Made by a program: the position numbers and the translations under genes. Source: Macrostomum lignano (taxonomy: Eukaryota). Taken from it: 64,000 nucleotides of DNA. A model generated the notes under the pieces. It did not search any database. It was not told where the DNA came from and was given only the letters and a program-made list of their open reading frames with translations. This document shows positions 50,318-61,061 of the stretch, piece by piece; the stretch's first letter is position 1; each line of letters opens with the position of its first letter. The stretch lies in the NCBI GenBank assembly GCA_002269645.1, contig NIVC01000663.1, positions 62,001-126,000 on the forward strand, read 5' to 3'.

Positions 50318-53300
50318 TGATTCTCATCGAGAGGTTTCGGAGGTTTTGAGGTTTTTCAGAGGTTTCATTTCGAACAAATATTTTTGCACAAACACTTTAA
50401 TACTGTAAAAAAATTGAAATCTTACTGAAATTTACTAATGAATACAAATTTTCTTTAGAAAATAGCTTGGAGGTTTTGGATTCTTTTTAGTTTTGCTTTT
50501 AATAGGCACGCGCGGAAATTATTTAACTTAGGCAACTATTTTCATGCTTGAAAGTGGTTTTTTAAACACTACGCAACACAACACACTGGTAATGTCATCG
50601 TTGCCATTGGCATTTACATTCAAGGTGCATAAATAAAATAAAAAATATTCGACTTGAAGGCGCTGCTTGAAATATACTGAAAACATATAGACAGCTGTTT
50701 CATCCGTTTCCCGTTTTTACTTTTGAGTGCTGCTGCTGCTGCATACCATTTTGCATTCGAATTATGTTATGACATTGATGTGATGTTATGTTATGTTAAG
50801 ACATACTGCCTCACAGAAGTAAATAGCAGAATTATTGTTGTCTCAATGTTTTTTTTATAAATATCTAAGGGCCTGGAATTACAAGTATGCATTTTACTTT
50901 TAATTACTTAAAGCCGAACATTTTACTTTTAATCATAAAATTAATTTCAATCACTGAAAGCTATTAGCTTTTCTCTCATAAATAACACTAGTTGCACAAC
51001 TGTTACTGCTGACAAAAGCTCTAACACGTTTGAGTTAGTTCTTATACGAACAAAATGCTTACAGTAAGACTTTGCACATGTATTGCACCACCTTTGTTTG
51101 ATGCTAAAAATCTATGTTGAGCAATAAACTAGATAGCTGATACCAATATATTTACTAGAGTTAAAACTAAAAAGTCATTGGACACATTTTTGGCATTGTT
51201 TATTTTAAAATAATATAATTTCTTCAATATAAATGTATTGGCATCTATAGGATAGGATAGTATAGGAAAATCATTATGTCAAATCATATTGACTTTTAAA
51301 ATTGATTGTTTATAAAAAGTTATAGATGAAAGTAATCAATACCTTTTATTTCAACATGCTTTGTTTCAGCTGCCAATACCATGCCTGAACTACCGCTTGC
51401 CTGGTCTCCTGCCTGCATTCTGAGCCTGTATCCTACATCGTCAAGACCACCGACGTGATCGAGACCTCAATATTGTAGGGTGAGGAACATAGGCGATGCT
51501 TCTCCAGTGCGTGGTTTCCGCTACTGCCAGCAAAGTGCAATCGGGCAGTCGCATTATGTCAGTTGTAGTGAGTTCCATTTGGATCAGTAACACTCGGCTG
51601 CTGCTGCTGGACAAAAATGATTGGTGTGAGTTCCCTTGGCACAATTCCCACAGGGCAATCAGGTGGGCTGCAAATTCCTCTCCAAGATTGGCACCAGCAT
51701 GTCTGACATTGCCTTTCATGGCCTCCAATTGAGACTATCGAAACAGTTGATTTTTTATGCTGGAAGCCCAAAAATGCGACAATGGGACTCGAGTGATGCA
51801 ATGATGAGCAAGAACGCTGAAGTCGAGCCGTGCCAAAAGCATATCGCGCCAACTGCGCTGCGACTTCTAGAAGCATATCATCATGAGCAATGGTATTTTA
51901 GTAGGCCATTGCTTTGTACAAATTTCCATAGTTTGATGGGTTCATGAAAGATGGCATGATTGAGAAATACAATGTTAGTCTTATTTTAGACTAAGATATT
52001 AGATTTTAGACTTTAGACTAGAAGATTTTAGACTAATGATATTATTTTAGTATATGGGTCTAGTGTAAGTACTTAACATCATAAGAAAATCTAAAGATTT
52101 AGAGCCTTCTCCCCAACATGGTTGGCACCATGCATTTCATTGGCATGATAACTACTGTGGATGATAAGAGAGTATATTTGTTTAATATTAAAACAATTTA
52201 CTTATAAAGTAAATTAAAAATTGAATAAAAATGTGATGACTAGGCATACATAAGTACAAGCTACTATTTACTTTGAATATTTGCATAAAAAGACAAAAAC
52301 TAAAGCAAGTTACTAATGTAAAAGAGTAATAGAAATTGGCTGGTAGCGATGCTCGTTTAAAAAATAATAGAGAAATGAAGGCCAACACCAACATATAACA
52401 AATTATTATAATAGCCAACGCGTTTCGACACAAGCAGTCATCTTCAGGGAATAGAAATTGTACTCGACTATATCAGCTTAAATTATGACTGAATATAAAG
52501 CTATTAACAAATTATAGGCCTATTTAAAATTAAAAGTATAAAAATTTCAGATCATTAGAGCTTTCAATTTTATAGGTAGAGGTAAAGCAGTAAAATAAAA
52601 AATTGCCATTTTTAAAGCTTTGTGAAGAGAATTATTCACTAGTATTAGAGGCTTGGCTTAGGTAATAAATTTTTATCTTATGTGCATTGTGTGTTAGGAT
52701 TTAGGATGATGATGTAAAAATAGTAAATAATAGAAAATAGAAAAATAAAAGTTTTAGTATAATGGATGTAAAATAAAAAAAGAATATCAAATAAATGAAA
52801 AAATAATTATATTTTACATTATAGATGCCTAGTAAAATACTTAGGGCCTTTAGTTAGTTAGACTAACAATCTATATTAAATAGCGACTGATACTGACTTG
52901 ATGAAAAAAATGCTGACTTTGTCTTGTTAGTCCTAATTTAGTTAGTCTGGCTTAAAAATTGATAGCTTTTTTGACCAAGTCAAAAACAATCTGAAATTCG
53001 TATTGGTAAATAGTGTCTGTTTTTAATTACATGGACAGGTCAAGTAGAAATTAGGATAGTTACGAATATGCATTGAAATATAACAACACACACTTGTGAC
53101 TATTCGCAACTTTGCGCTTGTGAAATGAAAAGGAAGCAATGAAAATGGCATGGCATAAAATGTGTCAGAAGGACCCTACCACTTCGCATAAAAACAGTTA
53201 AATAATTTCCGCGCGTGCCTATCAGAAGCAAAATTAAAAATAATCCAAAACCTCCGAGCTATTTTCTAAAGAAAATTTGTATTCATTAGTAAATTTCAGT

Positions 53301-54435
53301 AAGATTTCAATTTTTGTACGGTATTAAAAATTTTGTGCAAAAATATTTGTTCAAAATGAAACCTCTGAAAAACCTCAAAACCTCCGAAACCTCTCGATGA
53401 GAATCACCCGGATAATTTCAAGTTCCTGTCAATAAAATCTTAAAAAAAGTTGAAAGCGAATCTATGAGAACCAAAAGTAGCTGTAAGGTATTTTTAAAAA
53501 ACAATTCGTGTCTAAAAACGCAATATTTAGACAGTAGATAGGTGCTAAGAGTTTCAGCTTGTTATAATAAGTAATTCAATACTGTTATTACCGCAAAGAG
53601 CTTGACTCGTCTAATTCAGAACTGTTTTTCGCTACCCTTTCCTGGCATCCAGGATCAGATTATGAGATTCAGAAAACCTGAAAGCTTGATTGCGAATGCG
53701 CACACAGTCTCTCGTTTGTTTTAAACTGCATGTTACCTTTAAAATTGTTGCTTTAGTTTTATGTTCTTAGATTCAGTAAGAATTAAAACAATACAGGCCG
53801 CCTACTTGTCTCATCTTTGATTTTTAAACGTTCAAAAGCAGTGCAGCGAATGCAGTATTTAGCTTGTAGTGCAATCGTAAATAGCCATCGATTTTAAGTT
53901 TTGATTTATTTCAATAAATTCATAAAGCACGAATTCTAACGCAAGCGGTGACGAAGCTAAAATGTGAAATATTAGGAGCTGAAAATGGTAGTATATTGCA
54001 CTGAATTACAGCAGTCTTACAGCTCCCGAATTTAAATAACTGATGAATAGCTATGATACGAGAAATATCGTGGGGTTCAATTACATGAAACAGCATCTGT
54101 CTAATACATACATGTGCGCAGAGTCATTTGTAAAAGTTAAGCATTAAATAATTAAGAGGTTTGCGATATCCAAGTACCCAAGATACATATATCTGCTAGC
54201 AACAGCATGCTATGTGACAATGTTATTTGACAAAAATGAGACAGTAAGTACTATTATATTATCAGAGCTTATATTTTAAATCATACATTTTATATGCATA
54301 TTGTATTAAACAATAATAGGATAACAGTTTCCTCAATGGTATGTATGCAACATAGTAAGAAGGATAATCTCATGGAATCGATTGGAATGAGAATCGGGAA
54401 TTTTCTTCGCAAAGATGGCCAGGTTGCCTCAGCTG

Positions 54436-57400
54436 TCACAGATTACCAACTCCGGCCGCCAGCCGGTCAGCGTCGCAGTCGTCGTTGTCACAGTCGAAAC
54501 CGGCGTTGTTTCGTCGAGGGCGTCGCCGGCAGCACAGTGGCTCGCCGAGCTCCGTGGCGCTAAGTGGCGGCGAGCGCAACCGGTCGGACAGCGAGTGCAG
54601 CAGGTAGTTCTGCTCACCAGTCAGCAGAGGGAAGAGGCGCTCGTGCACTTCGTCTACTGCAATTGCGTCGCCAGCCTGGCAGGCGCAGACAAGCGACTGC
54701 AGACAGAGGAGCAGCTCCTCGGTTAGGAAGGCGGGCGGCGTCTCCTCGTCTGGCGAGGACCAAGCATATCTGAGGGAGGGTTACGTAGAATTTTTATCTT
54801 TCTGTCTTTGTGCCTTTCCTAATGTCTCAGTGCCTTTCCTAATGTCTCAGTGCCTTCCTAATGTCTCAGTACCTTTCTCAGTGTCTCAGTGCCGTAGTGC
54901 TTCAGTGCCTTACTAGTGTCTCAGTGCCTTCCTAGTATCTCAGTGCCGTAGTGTCTCAGTGCCGTAGTGTCTCAGTGCCTTCCTAGTGTCTCAGTGCCGT
55001 AGTGTCTCAGTGCCTTCCTAGTGTCTCAGTGCCGTAGTGTCTCAGTGCCGTAGTGTCTCAGTGCCGTAGTGTCTCAGTGCCGTAGTGTCTCAGTGCCGTA
55101 GTGTCTCAGTGCCGTAGTGTCTCAGTGCCGTAGTGTCTCAGTGCCGTAGTGTCTCAGTGCCGTAGTATCTCAGTGCCGTAGTGTCTCAGTGCCGTAGTGT
55201 CTCAGTGCCGTAGTGTCTCAGTGCCGTAGTGTCTCAGTGCCGTAGTGTCTCAGTGCCGTAGTGTCTCAGTGCCTTCCTAGTGTCTCAGTGCCGTAGTATC
55301 TCAGTGCCGTAGTGTCTCAGTGCCGTAGTGTCTCAGTGCCGTAGTGTCTCAGTGCCTTCCTAGTATCTCAGTGCCGTAGTGTCTCAGTGCCGTAGTGTCT
55401 CAGTGCCTTCCTAGTATCTCAGTGCCGTAGTGTCTCAGTGCCGTAGTGTCTCAGTGCTGTAGTGTCTCAGTGCTGTAGTGTCTCAGTGCCGTAGTGCCTC
55501 AGTGCCGTAGTGTCTCAGTGCCGTAGTGTCTCAGTGCTGTAGTGTCTCAGTGCCGTAGTGTCTCAGTGCCGTAGTGTCTCAGTGCCGTAGTGCCTCAGTG
55601 CCGTAGTGTCTCAGTGCCGTAGTGTCTCAGTGCCGTAGTGTCTCAGTGCCGTAGTGTCTCAGTGCCGTAGTGCTTCAGTGCCGTAGTGTCTCAGTGCCGT
55701 AGTGTCTCAGTGCTGTAGTGTCTCAGTGCCGTAGTGTCTCAGTGCTGTAGTGTCTCAGTGCCGTAGTGTCTCAGTGCCGTAGTGTCTCAGTGCCGTAGTG
55801 TCTCAGTGCCGTAGTGCTTTAGTGCCTTCCTAGTGTCTCAGTGCCTTTCTAGTGTCTCGGTGACTTTCCTAGTATCTCAGTACCGTGCTTAGTGTCTAAA
55901 TGTCTTTCTTAGTATCTCAGTGCTTTTCTTAGTATCTCAGTGCTTTTCTTAGTGTCTCAGTGCCTTTCTCAGTGTCTCAGTGCCAATCTTAGTGTCACAG
56001 TGACTTCGTTAGTACCTTCAGCCTCTAATTATCTTAACCTTCAGCTCTTCAGCGCATTAGCATCATCCAAGTGCCCAGAGCTGCGCAATGCCCACCTAGC
56101 CAGAGTGTCGGCATGCTCGGCCTCCAGCCGGTCAGCTGGCCTAGCCAGCAGGCACAGCAACAGCACCCGGCTAATCTCGCTGTCTCGCATGCAGTCCTGA
56201 TAGCACGGCAGCAGCTGACCGCCGCCGCCGGCGTCACCGCCGGTCCGTTGAACGATCTCCTGCATCCGGGTATGCACCAGTAGGGCCGCGTGCGGATCGC
56301 TCAGCTGCAGCCGGCAGGTGGCCAGCTTGCCTAGCAGGCGCAGCATCAGCATTGTGTGAGTTGGCACCAGGTCCGTGGCCCGGTGCAGGTGAACAGCCGC
56401 CTCGGCGAATTTGCCGTACAGCATGAGCGCCTCGGCCAGTTGGAGGTAGGCGTTCACCGCTAGCAGGGGCTGGCCGCACTGCTCGTAGACTGCAGCCGCC
56501 TGCGGAGCGGTGCGGTAAGTAACGGATAAAAAATGCAAGCACACACACACACACACACACAGTTATGCAGTTGTCACATGACTGCTCTCAGCCAGGGGCG
56601 TCGCCATGGATTTTATGGTGGGGGGGGGACATTATTTTTAGAATCGGTGTTGTCAGCGCTCATTTTGGCGCCACAGGCACTCATTTTGGCGCCGGAGCCA
56701 GGGTTTTTTTGGGCGCAGAGTGTGCGTATGCACCCTGAATTTTGAAATTGAAAAAGTGGGTGTGGTTTAGGTGCGGTCTCACAACCTATTGTATTTTCCT
56801 TTTAAGCTTCATTTGAACTGCCTTAAAAAAGATCTGGAAAACGAGACAAGAGGTCAAAGGGATTCTTTGGACACAAGAAAATATTTGTAGATGTGTCTAT
56901 ATTCCCAGGTTTCTAGAGTAAGAGAAATTGCACTCTGAGCCTTAAAATTGAGGTGAGATTTCGCACCTTGTTTCGCACCAGGCCGCAGACACTCATTTTG
57001 GTGCCGCAGGCGCTATATATTTTGTCATCCTGAAGTAAAATTATTGATTTCCATTATGGGTCACAAGGTTGGTGGGGGGACAAAGCATTGGCATGTCCCC
57101 TCCACAGCTTTTGTCCCCTCTATCCGTCCCCCCGTGGCAACGCTCCTGCTCTCAGCCAATAGCGGCTTCTATGCGCGAGTGTATTACTTTTAGAAACGGT
57201 GCACTTCTTTTTATATTAAGATCCCGCAACAGATTGGCGCCTGTCTAACACAATGAAGATACTCTATGTAGCTTCAGTTGGCACAACAGCTCAACGGTTA
57301 GCGCGTCTGACTCACGCGCCACGACCCCCTGGTTCGATCTCGTGCTCGGTGCTCACCCACATTCATTTGAAGTTTGTTGTGCACGAAAAAATGACCGGGG

Positions 57401-59955
57401 TTTGTCCTACTATTCACACCCAGGAGAGCCGATCCCCAAGGAACAGAGAGTGTACATGCCTGAGAGTGTACATGCCTAAGAGTGTACATGCCTGAGAGTG
57501 TACATGCCTGAGAGTGTACATGCCTGAGAGTGTACATGCCTGAGAGTGTACATGCCTGAGAGTGTACATGCCTGAGAGTGTACATGCCTGAGAGTGTACA
57601 TGCCTGAGAGTGTACATGCCTGAGAGTGTACATGCCTGAGAGTGTACATGCCTGACGATCAGAAAGTCAGGGGCCGCTGTACATCCTGTGTGAGCGTGTG
57701 TACGAGTGCGTGCCTGCGTACAGTACTGGCGCGCCTGTATGTGCTCAGGAGTGAGCAGAATGGGCAGGATTGCTGACAAATATTAAAATTCATAAGCCAG
57801 TCTCACCTGCACAAAGCTGGCAATGGCCAGTTCGAGATTCTCGTGCAGCGACACTGACAAGGTCTTGCTGAGCTCCTCTTCAGCCAGCAAGTGAAGCCGG
57901 GCGGCGCGCATCATGGCGCCAGCCTCAGCGGCGCTGTTGCCGATGCTGCTCTCGCATCTGCAGAGGAACAGCATATCAATATCAGACCACAATCTGTTGT
58001 CAAGTTGAACAGGCCACTTAAGCTATGCCCCCCTTAGACAAGTGCTAAACCTTGCTGCATCTTATCTCAATTTTTTGACTCAAAAAAGAAAAAAACGTTA
58101 CCTAGAAATCTCTTTGCCAATTTCTGGTCTCCAATATATAAATATACAAATTTCACAGCCCAATATACTTACTTGGCTTGACCTTTTGCAAACATTGCTG
58201 CATAGTAGAATGCTTGCTCCTCCATTTCCAGATGTTTTGAGATTGAATCAAATTCTGCACTACCTTCAGCCAAGTTTGGCTTCTTTAGAAAGCGCCTAAA
58301 AATGAGTAAGCATTAAGGTACTATATAAGACTGAATTCAATATTAAATCATTTCTAGCAGCACTTTGTTGCATGACCTTGAAATGAACTTTGGCAAAAAT
58401 TTAAGCTGATTTACAAAAAAATTTAAAAAAGTTTAACTATTTGTGATTCAAAGTTATAGCCTGATTAATTCCTTCTGCAGGAGTTTTGCACTCTAAGGAA
58501 GGGTAGCAATATACCATATTAACTTTGTGGGGCATCAAAATAAATTTATTGAATTTTAACCCATCAATATCTCAGCTTGTATACTTGCCAAATTTTATTT
58601 TAAAGTCATACACAACACTGCTACTAGCAATCCTTTTTGATATACAACCATTTTTGTAATTGTGTAATAGGGCAATATATACCCTAGTATATTTTAAATT
58701 ATATTGTTATACAACTAGTGAGAGGCATTATTGCCCATTCTATCAATTCCACTAAGCAGGCACATAAGTGCATATTTGGGCACTTTATTAAATATATATG
58801 TAATCATATATGTCCCTATACATAGGCATAAGCCACATAATGGCCTATGTATAAAAAGTCAATAAATGAAAATATTGAATTACTAAAATAATATTTAATG
58901 GTCCTAATTTTTTTATTATTAGACTTGTAAATTTCTCTTTGCCTTGGAGATCGGACTTCAAGTTTATTAATTGCATGAGCATTGCAAATTACTATGCCTG
59001 CACTTAGAATTAAGCCTAGCATATAAAAATATTGCACTAGACTATTATTAGGCTATGGCCTTTTTAAGAAGCAATAGTTGGATATTATGTTACATGCAAT
59101 TAAAAATGGTAACATCAACATTTTTGAGAAATTCAACTTAAAGAACAAATGAAAATTAAGACAATTTGATAATAATATAATTGATCTTTTTGTATTAATA
59201 AGTATTTATACTATTTTATTCATTTAACTTTAGATATTCAATGGTTTAATAATATTTTCCAATTTAATCACTATATAAATATAGTGCATGAATTGTATGC
59301 AAGGCCAATGTACATATAAATTGGGCTTGTGTAAGCAATACAATATAAACAGAGTTTAAAAAAAAACAATAAATTAAATATATCAATGAGTATTGATTTT
59401 TACCTTTTAATAAATTTTTAATATAGTGGGGGCCTACTTTTATTTCTTTAAATAAGAAAAAACATATTTTATTTTTTTATACTATTACTAATTCAATTGT
59501 ATCAAGACTTAGTCATATTATGTTTTCTCACTAGCCAATATAGAGAATTGGAACAAAATTGCTACATAAAGTCCTATAACTAAATTTGCCCACGCTGGAA
59601 CTCTGCCCCTAAGCGCTACCCTATGCCAGCGCCACCAGATGCTGCTGGGCCACTGCCTATGGACCCTGGGTTGCAATGCACTCTTCCCTCTGGCCCTAGC
59701 CATGCTACACTGGCTGACTAAGCAAATGCACCATAGCTAGGCCTGCACTGCTACTCTAATGGACTGCCTCATTGCTGACTTGCAGGCGCTTGAGCAGTTG
59801 AGCTGACCCCTTAGGCTGCTGCTACCTGCCCCTCCCGCCTGTTCTGCAAGTGGGTGCATACAAGGGGCCTCCCCTTTGCATCTTAATATACTTGATATGT
59901 ATACATATATATATATAGAAATTTAGAAGTAATGATAGACAATAGACAATAGACA

Positions 59956-59997
<42 letters not shown>

Positions 59998-60250
59998 AAC
60001 TTAAATTAAAGGGTCAAGTCTGCCTAAAGCCAAAGCCAAAGGCATTGGTAAATAGGCCTATCGGCTATCTATGCCTATCCAAATTTAAATGTATTGAAAA
60101 TAGACTAAGCCAGCAAGCCTAGAAAAAATATTACTGCAAAAACTGCTTTGCTAACAGATTGCACTAAAACTATAAGTAGAACGAAACTTACTTTTTTAGC
60201 TTTGCTGTCACTTGTCTATACTTGCTCAGATAATTTATTGATCCATTCAT
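54436..60250 (-). CDS. F8A1: HAP40 / factor VIII intron 22 protein (huntingtin-associated protein 40), 5 exons (60250-60192, 58295-58173, 57957-57807, 56499-56096, 54769-54436), about 356 aa
   Basis: YRQVTAKLKKRFLKKPNLAEG, SEISRVLLLCLL, EHADTLARYAW and EELLLCLQSLV...FPLLTGEQNYLLH match HAP40 motifs. Exons 1-2 were found by hand (not in the ORF track); all junctions are GT-AG and in phase. Confidence 0.9.
54810..55980. repeat. 16-bp minisatellite (AGTGTCTCAGTGCCGT), HAP40 intron 4
   Basis: Directly visible. Confidence 0.97.
56593..57148. mobile_element. hAT-like MITE, 556 bp, HAP40 intron 3
   Basis: Imperfect 17-bp TIRs CAGGGGCGTCGCCATGG / CCGTGGCAACGCTCCTG. Perfect 8-bp TSD CTCTCAGC at 56585-56592 and 57149-57156. 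Confidence 0.87.
57277..57745 (+). mobile_element. tRNA-derived SINE-like element with an internal 16-bp array; partial second copy at about 5010-5118
   Basis: tRNA-like head with A-box-like AGCTCAACGGTTAGCGC and B-box GGTTCGATC. About 100 bp of the body (TGTACATGCCTGACGAT...GGGGCCGCTGTACATCCTG...GGCGCG..TGTATGTGC) is shared with 5017-5118. Confidence 0.6.
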
Positions 60251-61061
60251 TTTTGATCTGATAGATACAGAGAAAAATTTAATGCTAATGAATGTAAATT
60301 CAATTCGAAATAGATCTCTGAAAATATATTATTATTGTTAGCACTAACTATATGTAACAGCCTTTCAATATGGAACAAACTATAGACTATAGCCTATAGA
60401 TTACCTACGTATATGTATATATTATACGCTATGGCCTTGTTAAGAATTACTTTCTAAGTTTCTTAGAAAATACGACATTTAAAAACGGAGACAAAATTTA
60501 TCATAGAATATTACGAACTTTAAACCCGAGCATTATTTTTTGTTTTACTAGGGTCCATGAAAGTCCTTTGTAAGAGAGACGCCAAAAGTATTGTTTTACA
60601 AGCCAGAGTCGAGTAATTTTATTGGTTAAATAATCCTTATATTTCTAAAACAGTAGAACTTTAAAATATATAATTCAGTCTGTTCCTATTGGCGTTATTA
60701 TGATTTCTATTTTCTAGTGAAGTCAAGCAATAAGGTGCTTCCTTTAAGAGTGTAAGCTATTAATGAGTTTGGGATTTGGAAGTCATAGAGAATAGAATAT
60801 AGAGAATAAAGCATTACCACAAGGATCAAAATAAAGGTTTTGGAACAGAAATCTAACAATTAACACAACAACGATGATGTCATGCACACATATTGTTGTA
60901 CAGCCACGTACACGGCCGGATAACATTAAAGCTGCATTAAAAAGGATATGCATCAATAGTATTGGCGATGAATAAGCTCTTCCGTTAAGTAGCTGGACAA
61001 ACTTTTCATCTAAAACAGTTTTAGCAGTGTTCCTCTGGGGCCCAACGAAATACATGTAATT

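Larger units (their letters stand above)
46319..53409. mobile_element. Mutator-like (MULE; Merlin not excluded) DNA transposon, non-autonomous, about 3.1 kb of its own sequence, interrupted by a nested element
   Basis: 9-bp TSD GGATAATTT at 46310-46318 and 53410-53418. 214-bp TIRs, roughly 95% identical: left = 46319-46323 plus 50320-50528, right = 53196-53409. Termini are GGGTGATTCTCATCGAG. Confidence 0.88.

Noticed and set aside
50314-53410. Stand-alone TIR element with a CG target duplication
   Set aside because: Better explained by the nested model, which yields a perfect 9-bp TSD and a 2-bp TG TSD.
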